Below, in pieces: positions 18,550 to 27,946 of a DNA stretch of 64,000 nt; the first letter of the stretch is position 1, and each line of letters starts with the position of its first letter. Both the position numbers and the translations under genes were made by a program. Under the pieces are notes generated by a model, which saw only the letters and a list, made by a program, of their open reading frames with translations, made no database searches and had not been told where the DNA came from. Origin of the DNA: Eubacteriales bacterium (GTDB lineage Bacteria; Bacillota; Clostridia; Oscillospirales; CAG-272); contig JAZOTE010000063.1 in NCBI GenBank assembly GCA_045657485.1, positions 107,395 to 171,394 of the forward strand. Direction: 5' to 3'.

Positions 18550-18621
18550 GGCATAGGTAACAACCCGCAGGTTTTAATGACTGATGCAGTAGCTGTTGCT
18601 ATCGAAGAGGCAAGCAAGTAA
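18550..18621 (+). repeat. Module D: core GGCATAGGTAAC + tail GIGNNPQVLMTDAVAVAIEEASK*
   Basis: 24 codons in frame, with the stop at 18619-18621. Confidence 0.7.
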
Positions 18622-18823
18622 TTCGCAGCGCGAATTACAATGAATTGCCCTTGTGGGCATGAATTGATAACTACATTATCGTGAATTGGCTAACGCCATA
18701 AATTGTGCTGCGGCGCATGAGTGGCAATTCAATTCATGGAGATAAGCGAGAAATCATGACGCAACGCGTCAATTCATGCAATCGAAGATTGCAAATCATT
18801 GTATAATCGTATAATAAAAAGAG

Positions 18824-18865
18824 TTGGACACATCATAAACGTATTTTCGCTTATGATGTGTCCAA
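18824..18865. repeat. H5 hairpin, perfect 13-bp stem
   Basis: TTGGACACATCAT, 16-nt loop, ATGATGTGTCCAA. A-tract and T-tract flanks. Confidence 0.8.
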
Positions 18866-18896
18866 TATTATTTTGTTTTTAGGGAGGATTTTCAAG

Positions 18897-19244
18897 GTGA
18901 AAAAGATCAAAATGTCAAGAGGTGTAACGCTCACTTTTGAGGAAGGCTGCAACAAGTATTTAGAGAATTGTCGGCAACGAAATTTAAGAGAAGGCACTAT
19001 CGAGCATTATCGACAAAGCTACGTGCAGTTCTATAAGTTCTTCGATCCTAAAATGCCTATTGAGGACATTGATGATCAGCTCTATAAGAACTATGTTCTG
19101 CATTTGAAATCGGCTTTGGATAATGATGTCAGTATCAATTCTTATTTGAGAGATTTGATTAGGCGTATTTCGCAGCTCTCACCCCAAGGGGTTCTCCGAC
19201 GGCTCGGTTTTATAGTCATTATGCGTCTATCAGAGCCTACGTAA
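18897..19244 (+). pseudogene. Tyrosine recombinase 5' stub (~95 homologous codons; no catalytic domain)
   Basis: AGGGAGG RBS and GTG start. Reads VKKIKMSRGVTLTFEEGCNKYLENCRQRNLREGTIEHYRQSYVQFYKFF...SINSYLRDLI, then an unrelated tail. The convergent GH89-like gene ends at 19276. Confidence 0.7.
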
Positions 19245-19275
19245 TATCTACACCGTAAAGGCAAAAACCTAACTT

Positions 19276-21534
19276 TTAGCCTTCTTTTTTCAACTCGCCG
19301 ATAAACTTCTTTGCCTGCTCTGCCACCTCGGCAAGCGGCATGCTCTCACGCTTCATTTCGGCAAGCGGCGTTTCAAAGTAAACGGCACGGATCTTCGCAA
19401 AATCTGCCGTCAGCCCCTTGGTATCCAGCGGAATACCTGCCTTTGCTGCCACAATAGCCGCGCTCAGCCAAAGCCTCGTTTCAGGCAGATAGAGATATAC
19501 TGCATTTTCATAAATATGTGCTCGGTTGTAGTCACATTCCGCATTGTTTTTGAGCGTTTTTTCAAAATTCGGGTTGGTATCTGTTTCCGTTTTCAGCCTC
19601 TCGAGCGATGCGAGCAGAGAATAATCCTCATGTCCGCCCAGAAGCAGGCAAAAGGCCTCGAGGAGCGAAATGGAAATCTGTGATGCCTTTTCAACGCCGC
19701 CCGCATCCCCGTTTGCAAAGCAGAGCTCGGCGTGGAGAATTGCCGCATTGATGAATCGGCTTATCACAGTTCTTGCAATATCGTAGGCGTCTCTTCTCGT
19801 TTTTTCATCGTCAAGCGAGATTTGCGTGAGCGTCGAAAGGATCTGCAAAGCAGCATCCTTCGTTTCCATAAAATATGCGAGGATTGTCTCGTTCTTTTTT
19901 ATTTCCGCGGAATTGAAGAGGGCGTTTTCTTGAATATGCTCAAAAAGATCGTCGCAGGGAAGAGTTCCATCGGTCGGTCCTGTCCAAGACATCAGCCTTG
20001 CAATAGGAAGTATTTTCTTCCATATCGAAAGCATTGCGCCGGCATTTTCCTTTTCGTATCTTTCCTCGCAGAAGCCCTCAAGAAGTGCATCTATAGAGGG
20101 TGTGTCCTCCTCCCAGGCATTTTTTGAAAGATAATAAAGATTGAGCGGGTTGCCGTGCGAGAATTCAGGCCAGAAAACCATACCGCGGCACATAGCATCC
20201 TTCTTGGCAAGCGAAAGTCTTTCATTCATCAGCGCAAAGTTACCGCGTATATCGTGGTGCTTTTCAAGTCCGCCGAAAATGCCGAAGATCCATGGAAATT
20301 TGCCTAAAAGGTTCCATTTCGTAAAGTCGTTGCCGCTTTCTGCCTCGGAGGTGTAATCAAAGAAAATGGTTTGATTAGGGTCCAGCTCTGCAAGCAAAGC
20401 CTTTGCCTCCTCGGGTGTATAACGCATCCAAATATCCCAACTCGCCAGCAAAAGAGGCGCATTTGGATATTTTTTGCGAAGATTTTCCGCAATTCTACGG
20501 TAGGTGAAAAGCTTCATTCGCAGATTTTCTGCCCTATCCCTTGAGTACATTCGCTCGGCAAGTCCAATTGTGTGGAAGATCTCACCCTTGCCGTATTCCT
20601 TTACGTGCGTGTCTGTCAATTGCTCGTAATATTCCATATTTTTCTTCTCGCGAATATCAAAAACAAGCCCCGTCTGCTCGCTGTATCCCTTCGTGGTCTG
20701 CGAAAGTAGCGTGGGCTTTTTCTTTTCAAGAAAGGCGATCGGCGTGCGCGAATACCAGTGTGTCATTGTGCCTGCATCGTCAGGGTGCATCAGATCACGC
20801 TCGAATGCGTATTGCAGGATTTTCTTGCGAAGCTCTCCGCGATATTCAAGCGACCAGAAAAGGTTACGGTCATCATATCCATTAGCCGATTCGGGAAGAG
20901 GGAGATCGCGGTCGGGATACGGAACGATATCGGGAAATGCCTTTTGAAAAAGATCGTCCGCTCCGATACGAAGCATAAAGAGATTAAGTCGGCTTTTCAA
21001 GAGCCAATTGATCTCGCGTTTCCAGTCCTCAAACCCCCATTGCTCGGCCTGAAAGCGGTGGAGGCTGCGGTGTGCAAAATAGCGGATGCCGCGATATTCA
21101 AAGCGCGGCGCTTCACAAATAGAAATATCGGCAAATGGCAAATCCACACAAGGAATACGGTCTCCGTCCCAAAACCAGCGGCAACCGCAGAATTTTTCAA
21201 AATAGCGGTAAACCGCATAAATGGTTGAGCGCGGACGTCCGCCCGCCAAAATCAGATATTCCGTTTCGTCGATTTTTTCGCTTCTCACCGTGTAGCCGTC
21301 CGTACCGTAGCGGAAACCAAGCGGTGAAATCTTGCCATCAAGTAAAAATGCGGCAAGTACGTCGTTTACGCTATCGTTTCCGATAATAACAGCTTGCTTC
21401 GGCTTTTCTTCAAGAGCGAGAAACTCTGCGTCCGTTATCGTTTCAGCACCGCACTTTGCAAGGGCAACAAATTCGTCTGCCGCAATTTTGTATGCCGTGT
21501 GTGAATTTTGGGGGTAAACAACAAAGATATTCAT
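19276..21534 (-). CDS. GH89-like (alpha-N-acetylglucosaminidase/NAGLU-like) protein
   Basis: Start at MNIFVVY with AAAGGAAG RBS. W..W.REINW...LNLFML and FPWIFGIFGG blocks resemble the NAGLU TIM barrel; the similarity is distant. Confidence 0.5.
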   Translation of the reverse strand: MNIFVVYPQNSHTAYKIAADEFVALAKCGAETITDAEFLALEEKPKQAVIIGNDSVNDVLAAFLLDGKISPLGFRYGTDGYTVRSEKIDETEYLILAGGRPRSTIYAVYRYFEKFCGCRWFWDGDRIPCVDLPFADISICEAPRFEYRGIRYFAHRSLHRFQAEQWGFEDWKREINWLLKSRLNLFMLRIGADDLFQKAFPDIVPYPDRDLPLPESANGYDDRNLFWSLEYRGELRKKILQYAFERDLMHPDDAGTMTHWYSRTPIAFLEKKKPTLLSQTTKGYSEQTGLVFDIREKKNMEYYEQLTDTHVKEYGKGEIFHTIGLAERMYSRDRAENLRMKLFTYRRIAENLRKKYPNAPLLLASWDIWMRYTPEEAKALLAELDPNQTIFFDYTSEAESGNDFTKWNLLGKFPWIFGIFGGLEKHHDIRGNFALMNERLSLAKKDAMCRGMVFWPEFSHGNPLNLYYLSKNAWEEDTPSIDALLEGFCEERYEKENAGAMLSIWKKILPIARLMSWTGPTDGTLPCDDLFEHIQENALFNSAEIKKNETILAYFMETKDAALQILSTLTQISLDDEKTRRDAYDIARTVISRFINAAILHAELCFANGDAGGVEKASQISISLLEAFCLLLGGHEDYSLLASLERLKTETDTNPNFEKTLKNNAECDYNRAHIYENAVYLYLPETRLWLSAAIVAAKAGIPLDTKGLTADFAKIRAVYFETPLAEMKRESMPLAEVAEQAKKFIGELKKEG

Positions 21535-21793
21535 AATCTTTCTTCCTTTCGAAATCAAAATCAAAGGTCCAAACAATATCACTGCAAGGATGTCCTCTCA
21601 AAAACTAAAAAATAGGTGAGAAAACGCATCTTTTCATCCAAACAGGAATTTCAGTATAAGTGTATCACAAAAAAATCCAATGAGAAACGCATTTTTTCGC
21701 CAAAAAGGTGGATTTTTTCGTCACAGTATGATATAATAACTTCAAATGTCGTATTAATGCAAGTGGGGCATCTTCGCTTCGTTGGAGGAAAAT

Positions 21794-22537
21794 ATGATAT
21801 ACAATTTCGACACACTTTCATTTGAGATACTTTCAATATTTCCATCTCGTCACAAAGACGGATATTTTTTCGTCAAACCTCGGCCGTATGCCGCGCTCGC
21901 TATCCGTCTTGGCGGATGCGGAGAATTTAATATCGCGGGAAACCGTATGCCGTTTTCTTCAGGGGATATCGTCTTTCTGCCATCAAACATGGCATACGAC
22001 GTTAAATATTCTGATAACGAAACCGTTGTCGTGCATCTTATTAATTGCAATTATAGCGAGCCTGAAATCTTTCATCCCGAAAATCCTGCGTTTTTCCGCA
22101 CTGCTTTTCTTCAGCTATTGGAAGGGTGGAACAAAAATCATTCAGTCAATTATGCAAAATCAAAAATCTATGAAATCCTTGAAAAAATGGCAAGCGAAAA
22201 AAGGCAAGATCACAATGGAGGGCCGTTCGATGCTTGCCTTGCCTATATGGAAGCGCATTTTTTTGATCCGGATCTTGAAATCAGCAAAATTTGCGCGGTT
22301 GGCTTCATGAGCCAATCCAGTCTGCTAAGAGGCTTTCACCAGCGCTTTGGCATGTCGCCAAAGGCCTATCTATCAAAGCTTCGCATCCATCGCGCAATGG
22401 AGCTTTTGCTCTCCCAAAATCAATCCGTCAAGGAGATCGCTTTCGCCTGCGGTTTTTCGGACGAAAAGTTTTTCTCCCGCGTGTTCAAGAAAAAATACGG
22501 CTTTTCACCCTCTCAACTGAAAAAAGAATGTAGGTAA
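21794..22537 (+). CDS. AraC family transcriptional regulator
   Basis: Cupin N-terminus. C-terminal HTH reads ...IAFACGFSDEKFFSRVFKKKYGFSPSQLKK. Confidence 0.8.
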   Translation: MIYNFDTLSFEILSIFPSRHKDGYFFVKPRPYAALAIRLGGCGEFNIAGNRMPFSSGDIVFLPSNMAYDVKYSDNETVVVHLINCNYSEPEIFHPENPAFFRTAFLQLLEGWNKNHSVNYAKSKIYEILEKMASEKRQDHNGGPFDACLAYMEAHFFDPDLEISKICAVGFMSQSSLLRGFHQRFGMSPKAYLSKLRIHRAMELLLSQNQSVKEIAFACGFSDEKFFSRVFKKKYGFSPSQLKKECR

Positions 22538-22553
22538 GAGAATAAAAATACTT

Positions 22554-22835
22554 TTGATAATGGCAAGCCAAAATCATATAATTCTACGGTCGTGTATAAG
22601 AGGTATGCAGACTCCACGAAGCAGTAAAAATGGCGGCTTAAAAGCTAACGAAGAAATGACCAATAGTCATAAAAAAGTGTGGTGGAAATGCTCGCAGGGG
22701 CATGAGTGGCAGGCTGATATTGGCGGGCGTAACAGAGGCAACGGATGTCCCGAGTGTGCCAAGGAAAAACGCAAAAAGGCAAAACAAGGCAAATGCACCT
22801 CCGCCAAAAGCGTTGGTGCATTTTTTCTTCATTAA
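22554..22835 (+). CDS. Zinc-ribbon (treble-clef) domain protein, probably a gene fragment
   Basis: KKVWWKCSQGHEWQADIGGRNRGNGCPECA is a single repeat of a normally multi-repeat family. Confidence 0.4.
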   Translation: MIMASQNHIILRSCIRGMQTPRSSKNGGLKANEEMTNSHKKVWWKCSQGHEWQADIGGRNRGNGCPECAKEKRKKAKQGKCTSAKSVGAFFLH

Positions 22836-22859
22836 GATTGCAACATTTCCGCAAACTCT

Positions 22860-22901
22860 TTGACCACATCATTTACGCGGATTACGTGATGATGTGTCCA
22901 A
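22860..22901. repeat. H6 hairpin (one arm mismatch)
   Basis: TTGACCACATCAT, 16-nt loop, ATGATGTGTCCAA. Same loop subtype as H1. Confidence 0.75.
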
Positions 22902-22921
22902 TTTGTATTTAGGAGAAAAAG

Positions 22922-23035
22922 ATGAAAAAACTACGGATGGTAAAGTCAAATTCAATCACTTTGTAAGAAGGCTGCAACAAGTATTTGGATAACTGCCGAG
23001 CAGGGAATTTGCGCGAAGAAACTATCAATCACTGC
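22922..23035 (+). pseudogene. Tyrosine recombinase 5' stub with an in-frame TAA at codon 15
   Basis: MKKLRMVKSNSITL*EGCNKYLDNCRAGNLREETINH. Homology to the other stubs ends at about 23035. Confidence 0.65.
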
Positions 23036-23074
23036 ATACTTGATAAAAGTTGTTACAAAGTTGCTGGAAGATGC

Positions 23075-23103
23075 TTGACTTTTGATACGAAACAATCTAT
23101 AAT
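23075..23103 (+). promoter_or_regulatory. Near-consensus sigma-A promoter
   Basis: TTGACT-N17-TATAAT, immediately after the recombinase stub. Confidence 0.6.
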
Positions 23104-23277
23104 GTGTACTGAAATACATCTGAATGATGTGTTCATCTCTTAAAATATTTATGGAAAGGCTTCTTCGTAAGACAACTTTACGTAGAGCTATGGAGTCTGC
23201 ATTCGCCCAGACGAGTGCGGGAAAATTTATAAATACCGATTTTAAACGAAAGCATCAGTTGTGGGAGGTAAGCTTCA

Positions 23278-24978
23278 ATGAATGACGTACTAATTTCATA
23301 TCTTGACAGATCGGTGCTTCAAGCCGACAGAATAAGCACGGAATTGACCGCTGATACGTGGCAGGTGATACCGTATGAGGCAGGGGACGTAAAGGGAAAC
23401 CTTCTTCTTTCGGGAGAAATGTCCGCCTCTCCTGAAGTTACCTTGCATCTGGGACTTTCGGGATGGTACAAAATATTTGTTGCCACGGTTAACTTTAGGA
23501 GTCAGAATTATTTCGCCCTGCGCTTGAAGAGCGATGCAGGATTTACCGGTATGCGCTCCCCATCTTGCGGAAGCACTCATCACTGGTCGAGGGTGGAATG
23601 CTTCCAGGAATTTTTCTGGAAGGCGGCACGACTCGACGGTGAGGACTTAATATTGAGAAAGCCCAATGCCTATTTCTCAAACGCGGCGGCTCTTGCGTGG
23701 ATAAGATGCGTTCCTATGACCGTGGAGGAGATATCCGCCGAGGGTGCGAAGGGATGTATGAGAATACATACTCATATTGATGAAGAGCCTAATTTTGAGG
23801 ACGACGTCGATTGTGACGAGGGGCTTCTCACACGAGTTTACCCGATCACAAAGGGTGACGTTACCGATTGCTCGCTGGAAATCTCATTTGATTACGACGT
23901 TCCCGAATATGAAAGCGCTCTGCGCGCCAAGAGTAGCGAACTCGGTCGTGAAAAAAAGGACGAGGCATTTTACAAGGTGCGCGAAAGAGCGTACAGAGTT
24001 CGTATAGACGAGCTTCACAGCAAGGGAATAAAGGCGTACGCCACCAACCGTATGTCCGTCGCCGCATTCACGCTTCCCTACGGCAATTCGAGATGGACCA
24101 GGCGCACCTTCGTTGAAGAGCATCCCGAGCTTTATTGCAAAACGCGTGACGGCAGAACCCTGCCCGTATGCTCCTACGCCTTCAAAGAAACGCGTGAGTT
24201 CGTTTTGGATACCCTCACGTCTTATATGAAATACGGCTTTGACGGAGTATCGCTCATATTCCACAGAGGCTTGCATATTCACTTCGAAGAGCCGGTTATA
24301 TCCCGTTTTTCAGAGCTTTATCCCGGCGTTGACGCGCGCCGCGTTCCCGCATCAGATCCGCGCCTGCACGGTGTATGGTGCGATATGATGACAGAATTTA
24401 TGGTTGAGCTCAGAAAAAGGCTCGGCAATCTGACAATAAACGTAATTACGGAGTACTCCCCTAAGACCGCCAAGCACTTCGGCATAGACGTCGAAGGATG
24501 GGCAAAGGCGGGGCTTATCGACGGAGTTTACCAAGGAATTATGGAAACGGTAGAGCGCCTTGACGGCTGTATGGCGGACGACGGTCTTATCGACCTGTCC
24601 TTATACGAAAGCAAGCTGAAAAGAGAGCCTATACTTTCCAGATACCACACGACCGATATTGAAAAAACGTTGGACGGCGCAAGAGAGTATCTCGACGTTC
24701 TGAAGGGCACCGACGTTACCTTTGCCGCCACGCTTCCGTGGTCGCACAGCCACTCTCCCGAGGGGTGCATCGAATGGAAGGAGAAGGTTGCCGCTCTCGG
24801 CATCCGCGACCTTTTGTGCTGGAACACCAATCATTTAATGTACGACCTGCCCGAGCTATATTCCGTCATATACAGCGCTGACGCGCTTACCGAGGAAAAA
24901 TATACCCAGAAGAGCTATCGAACGCTCTCTCTTGCAGGTAGCGATATATCTACCTTTGACGTAAACTGGAGAGGATAA
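23278..24978 (+). CDS. Hypothetical 566-aa protein (possible glycoside-hydrolase-like TIM barrel)
   Basis: Long ORF with GGGAGG RBS. No motif I can name with confidence. Confidence 0.5.
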   Translation: MNDVLISYLDRSVLQADRISTELTADTWQVIPYEAGDVKGNLLLSGEMSASPEVTLHLGLSGWYKIFVATVNFRSQNYFALRLKSDAGFTGMRSPSCGSTHHWSRVECFQEFFWKAARLDGEDLILRKPNAYFSNAAALAWIRCVPMTVEEISAEGAKGCMRIHTHIDEEPNFEDDVDCDEGLLTRVYPITKGDVTDCSLEISFDYDVPEYESALRAKSSELGREKKDEAFYKVRERAYRVRIDELHSKGIKAYATNRMSVAAFTLPYGNSRWTRRTFVEEHPELYCKTRDGRTLPVCSYAFKETREFVLDTLTSYMKYGFDGVSLIFHRGLHIHFEEPVISRFSELYPGVDARRVPASDPRLHGVWCDMMTEFMVELRKRLGNLTINVITEYSPKTAKHFGIDVEGWAKAGLIDGVYQGIMETVERLDGCMADDGLIDLSLYESKLKREPILSRYHTTDIEKTLDGAREYLDVLKGTDVTFAATLPWSHSHSPEGCIEWKEKVAALGIRDLLCWNTNHLMYDLPELYSVIYSADALTEEKYTQKSYRTLSLAGSDISTFDVNWRG

Positions 24979-25202
24979 TAGACCGACTATGCTCTACCGC
25001 GAGCTTTGACGCGTGCCTAGAGATAATCAACAGCTCAGGTTCCTTCATACAAAAACTTGTTCAAAAAAACAGCTTTCATTTTTGTTTCTTATATGTTAAA
25101 ATAGGATTTGGACAGACCGTTTTGCAGTGAAAACAACAAAATGAGTAAAAAAGGTAACAAACCGAACTTGTCCGTATTGTACAAAAAAAACGGAGGATTA
25201 CC

Positions 25203-26444
25203 ATGACGTTTAATATTCTCGATTACGGCGCGACCGTGGGCGAAAAGCTGTGTACCCGTGAGATCCAAAAAACCATAGACGATTGCTTCTTAAACGGTGG
25301 CGGAGAGGTTATAGTGCCTAAGGGAAGATATCTTGTCGGCGGTTTGCGCTTGCGATCCAACGTTACGCTTCATCTTCTTGAGGACGCCGTTTTGCTGGGA
25401 AGCGTTGATCCGGATGATTATTGCACTTATCTTGACGATATGGTTGAACCGATTTCCGAATCTGAGAGGGAATCCTTTTCTCCCACTATTAATGTTGGAT
25501 ATAAGCCCAGCAGCTGCGTATATCCTCATTCCAGATGGAATAACGCAATAATCCGAGCAATAAACGCTAAAAATATAGCGATAATCGGCGAGCGCGGCTC
25601 CGAGATCGACGGTCAAAATTGCTTTGACGAGGTGGGTGAGGAGAATTACAGAGGTCCCCACGCCATCAATATGTGGTATTGCGAGAACATCGTTCTTCGC
25701 GGCTATACGGTTCGCGACAGCGGAAACTGGGCTCACGCTATCCAAAACAGTAAGAATATTTCTATTAGCGAGGTTACCGTTCTTGCCGGTCACGACGGCT
25801 TTGACGTGCGTACCTGCGATGATATCTTGATCGAAAATTGCAGATTTATTACCGGTGACGATTGTATCGCTGGATTTGATAATATAGGCGTTACCGTTCG
25901 TAATTGCTATTTTGAGAGCGCATGCAGTATTTTACGTTTTGGCGGTACCGACGTGCTCGTCGAAAATTGCGAGGGAATCGCCCCCGCAACCTACGGACAC
26001 CGATGCAATCTTTCCGATGAAGAAAAGCGTGCACGGCAAGATACGACCGAAGCCTGCCGCCACAACACCCTCAACGTATTTTTGTATTATTGTGATAATC
26101 GCGCAAAGATTAGAAAAACTCCGGGAAATATCTTGATCAGAAACTGCCGATTTAAAAATCCCGATGCCATAATGAGCATCCCATTCGGTCATATATGGTG
26201 CTGTAACCGTTCACTTGCGGATATAACGTTTGAAAACTGCGTGTTTGAGGGACTTCGACATCCTTCGGAGATTTCAGCTCCCGATAACGAGCCTCTCACC
26301 TTCCGTATGAAAAACTGCGCTGTATCCACCGGAGAGGGCTGTGAGAATATTCCTTTTATCACGGGCAAGAACGTCAAAAGTGTAGAGCTTACCGAAACGT
26401 CTATTAAAGGTTTTATCGAGCCTCGCATTCTTTGTGAACCGTAA
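25203..26444 (+). CDS. GH28 family glycosidase (polygalacturonase-like)
   Basis: GHDGFDV and GDDCIAGF motifs on a beta-helix layout. No signal peptide. Confidence 0.65.
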   Translation: MTFNILDYGATVGEKLCTREIQKTIDDCFLNGGGEVIVPKGRYLVGGLRLRSNVTLHLLEDAVLLGSVDPDDYCTYLDDMVEPISESERESFSPTINVGYKPSSCVYPHSRWNNAIIRAINAKNIAIIGERGSEIDGQNCFDEVGEENYRGPHAINMWYCENIVLRGYTVRDSGNWAHAIQNSKNISISEVTVLAGHDGFDVRTCDDILIENCRFITGDDCIAGFDNIGVTVRNCYFESACSILRFGGTDVLVENCEGIAPATYGHRCNLSDEEKRARQDTTEACRHNTLNVFLYYCDNRAKIRKTPGNILIRNCRFKNPDAIMSIPFGHIWCCNRSLADITFENCVFEGLRHPSEISAPDNEPLTFRMKNCAVSTGEGCENIPFITGKNVKSVELTETSIKGFIEPRILCEP

Positions 26445-26499
26445 GCCTTCAGTATTCAAGAGCATAAACCCTTCGTATATGCTCTAATGCTCAGAAAAA

Positions 26500-26535
26500 G
26501 ACACGTCGTTTCGTTCTACCTATTACGATGTGTTC
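26500..26535. repeat. H7: degenerate hairpin-family copy
   Basis: AAAAAGACACGTCGT...ACGATGTGTTCgatttgttttt. Confidence 0.3.
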
Positions 26536-26655
26536 GATTTGTTTTTCGATAAAAGTGGAAAAGATATGTTTTATTAAAAGGTTTTCACGCTTTTGTGGAG
26601 AAATGAAAAATATAATGTAAAATGTGTGATTCTTAATAAAATTTCACGCGAAAAG

Positions 26656-26684
26656 TTGACAACCGAGATAAAAACTGCTATAAT
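26656..26684 (+). promoter_or_regulatory. Consensus sigma-A promoter
   Basis: TTGACA-N17-TATAAT. Confidence 0.65.
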
Positions 26685-26747
26685 CTTGAAATACGAACGG
26701 TGCTGCATAGACGCACAAAACCTAAACTGCTTTTTGGAGAATATGAT

Positions 26748-27767
26748 ATGAGAAAGTATTTGTTACCCAACAAAAATTCGTATAAAGCAAACCTGCACAT
26801 GCACTCAACGTTTTCTGACGGCAAAATGACGCCGGAGGAAATAAAGGAGCATTATCTTGCAAACGGTTATTCCATAGTAGCGTTTACTGACCACGAGGCT
26901 ATTACGCCGCACAACGAGCTGCGCGACGAGAAATTTCTTCCCATAACGAGCTATGAGCTCGCAATAAACGGTAGCCCGGACGGAAAGCTGTACAGATATA
27001 GCAAAACGTACCACCTGAACTTTTTTGCCAAAGATCCGGAATGCACGTTTTCTTCGGCTTTTTCATATAGCCGTATGCGTTGGGCGCAGGGAAGAGCGAG
27101 CGTCCCCGCGGATAAGGTGGGCTATGAATGTCCCGGCAAAGAATATAGCGTAGAGTGCATAAACCGTCTTATAGCGCAAGCTCGCGAAGAGGGCTTTCTC
27201 GTTTCGTATAATCACCCCGTATGGTCGCAACAGGCATATCCCGATTACATAGGCTTGAAGGGACTGTTTGGAATCGAGATTCACAATTCGGAGTGTAAAT
27301 TACTTGGATACCACGATACCGTGCAGCCTTGGTGCGATCTTTTGAAACAAGGCGAAAGACTCTTTCCTCTTGCAACCGACGATTCCCACTTAATAGAGAG
27401 CTCACTTGGCGGTTGGATATGTATTGCGGCAGACAGGCTTGAGTACAACACCATCTTTGAAGCCTTGGAGAATGGCGACTTTTATGCCTCGACAGGTCCT
27501 GAGATCAAGGAGCTTTACGTAGAGGACGGTATCCTAGTAGTACACACCTCGCCTGCATCTAAGGTAGAGGTTAACACTGATCGCCGTATTGCTTGCTCCT
27601 CCGAGTATTGCGATCCGCCAAAGGACACGTTCTGTTTTGATTTGGCGAAGATTTTGCCGGATAATAACGATCCGCAAAAATCCCTCTATCTCCGTGTAAC
27701 CGTGCGCGATAATAAAGGTATGTGTGCGTGGACTAGGGCGTATTTCCTTGATGAAATCGATCTCTGA
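26748..27767 (+). CDS. PHP-domain metal-dependent phosphoesterase
   Basis: GGAGA RBS. NLHMHSTFSDG and AFTDHE motifs. Confidence 0.65.
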   Translation: MRKYLLPNKNSYKANLHMHSTFSDGKMTPEEIKEHYLANGYSIVAFTDHEAITPHNELRDEKFLPITSYELAINGSPDGKLYRYSKTYHLNFFAKDPECTFSSAFSYSRMRWAQGRASVPADKVGYECPGKEYSVECINRLIAQAREEGFLVSYNHPVWSQQAYPDYIGLKGLFGIEIHNSECKLLGYHDTVQPWCDLLKQGERLFPLATDDSHLIESSLGGWICIAADRLEYNTIFEALENGDFYASTGPEIKELYVEDGILVVHTSPASKVEVNTDRRIACSSEYCDPPKDTFCFDLAKILPDNNDPQKSLYLRVTVRDNKGMCAWTRAYFLDEIDL

Positions 27768-27946
27768 CGGTTAAGCTTACCGTTCCAAATAAATAAGCAA
27801 AAGCAAAAAGGCGGAATTTGCGATCCAAACTGCAAATTCCGTCTTTTAAATATCGAATTGCCGTGATTTTTGCAATAGACAGAGCTTTCATAAGAAAGCA
27901 TGTCGAATATGATTTTCCTAAAATCTACATATCGATACAATAAAAG

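Noticed and set aside
880-22901. Hairpins as canonical integron attC sites (the outer arm GTTGGAC fits the R' consensus GTTRRRY)
   Set aside because: In attC sites the order on either strand is RYYYAAC...GTTRRRY. Here it is the reverse (GTTGGAC...GTCCAA). The stems are perfect, without the extrahelical bases typical of attC. No IntI-type integrase or attI is visible, and several units contain multiple genes with their own promoters. The resemblance is limited to one 7-mer.
25152-25163. AGGTAACAAACC as a sixth copy of the core
   Set aside because: It matches only 11 of 12 positions, with no conserved tail or flanks. A match of that quality is roughly expected by chance in 128 kb of two-strand sequence.
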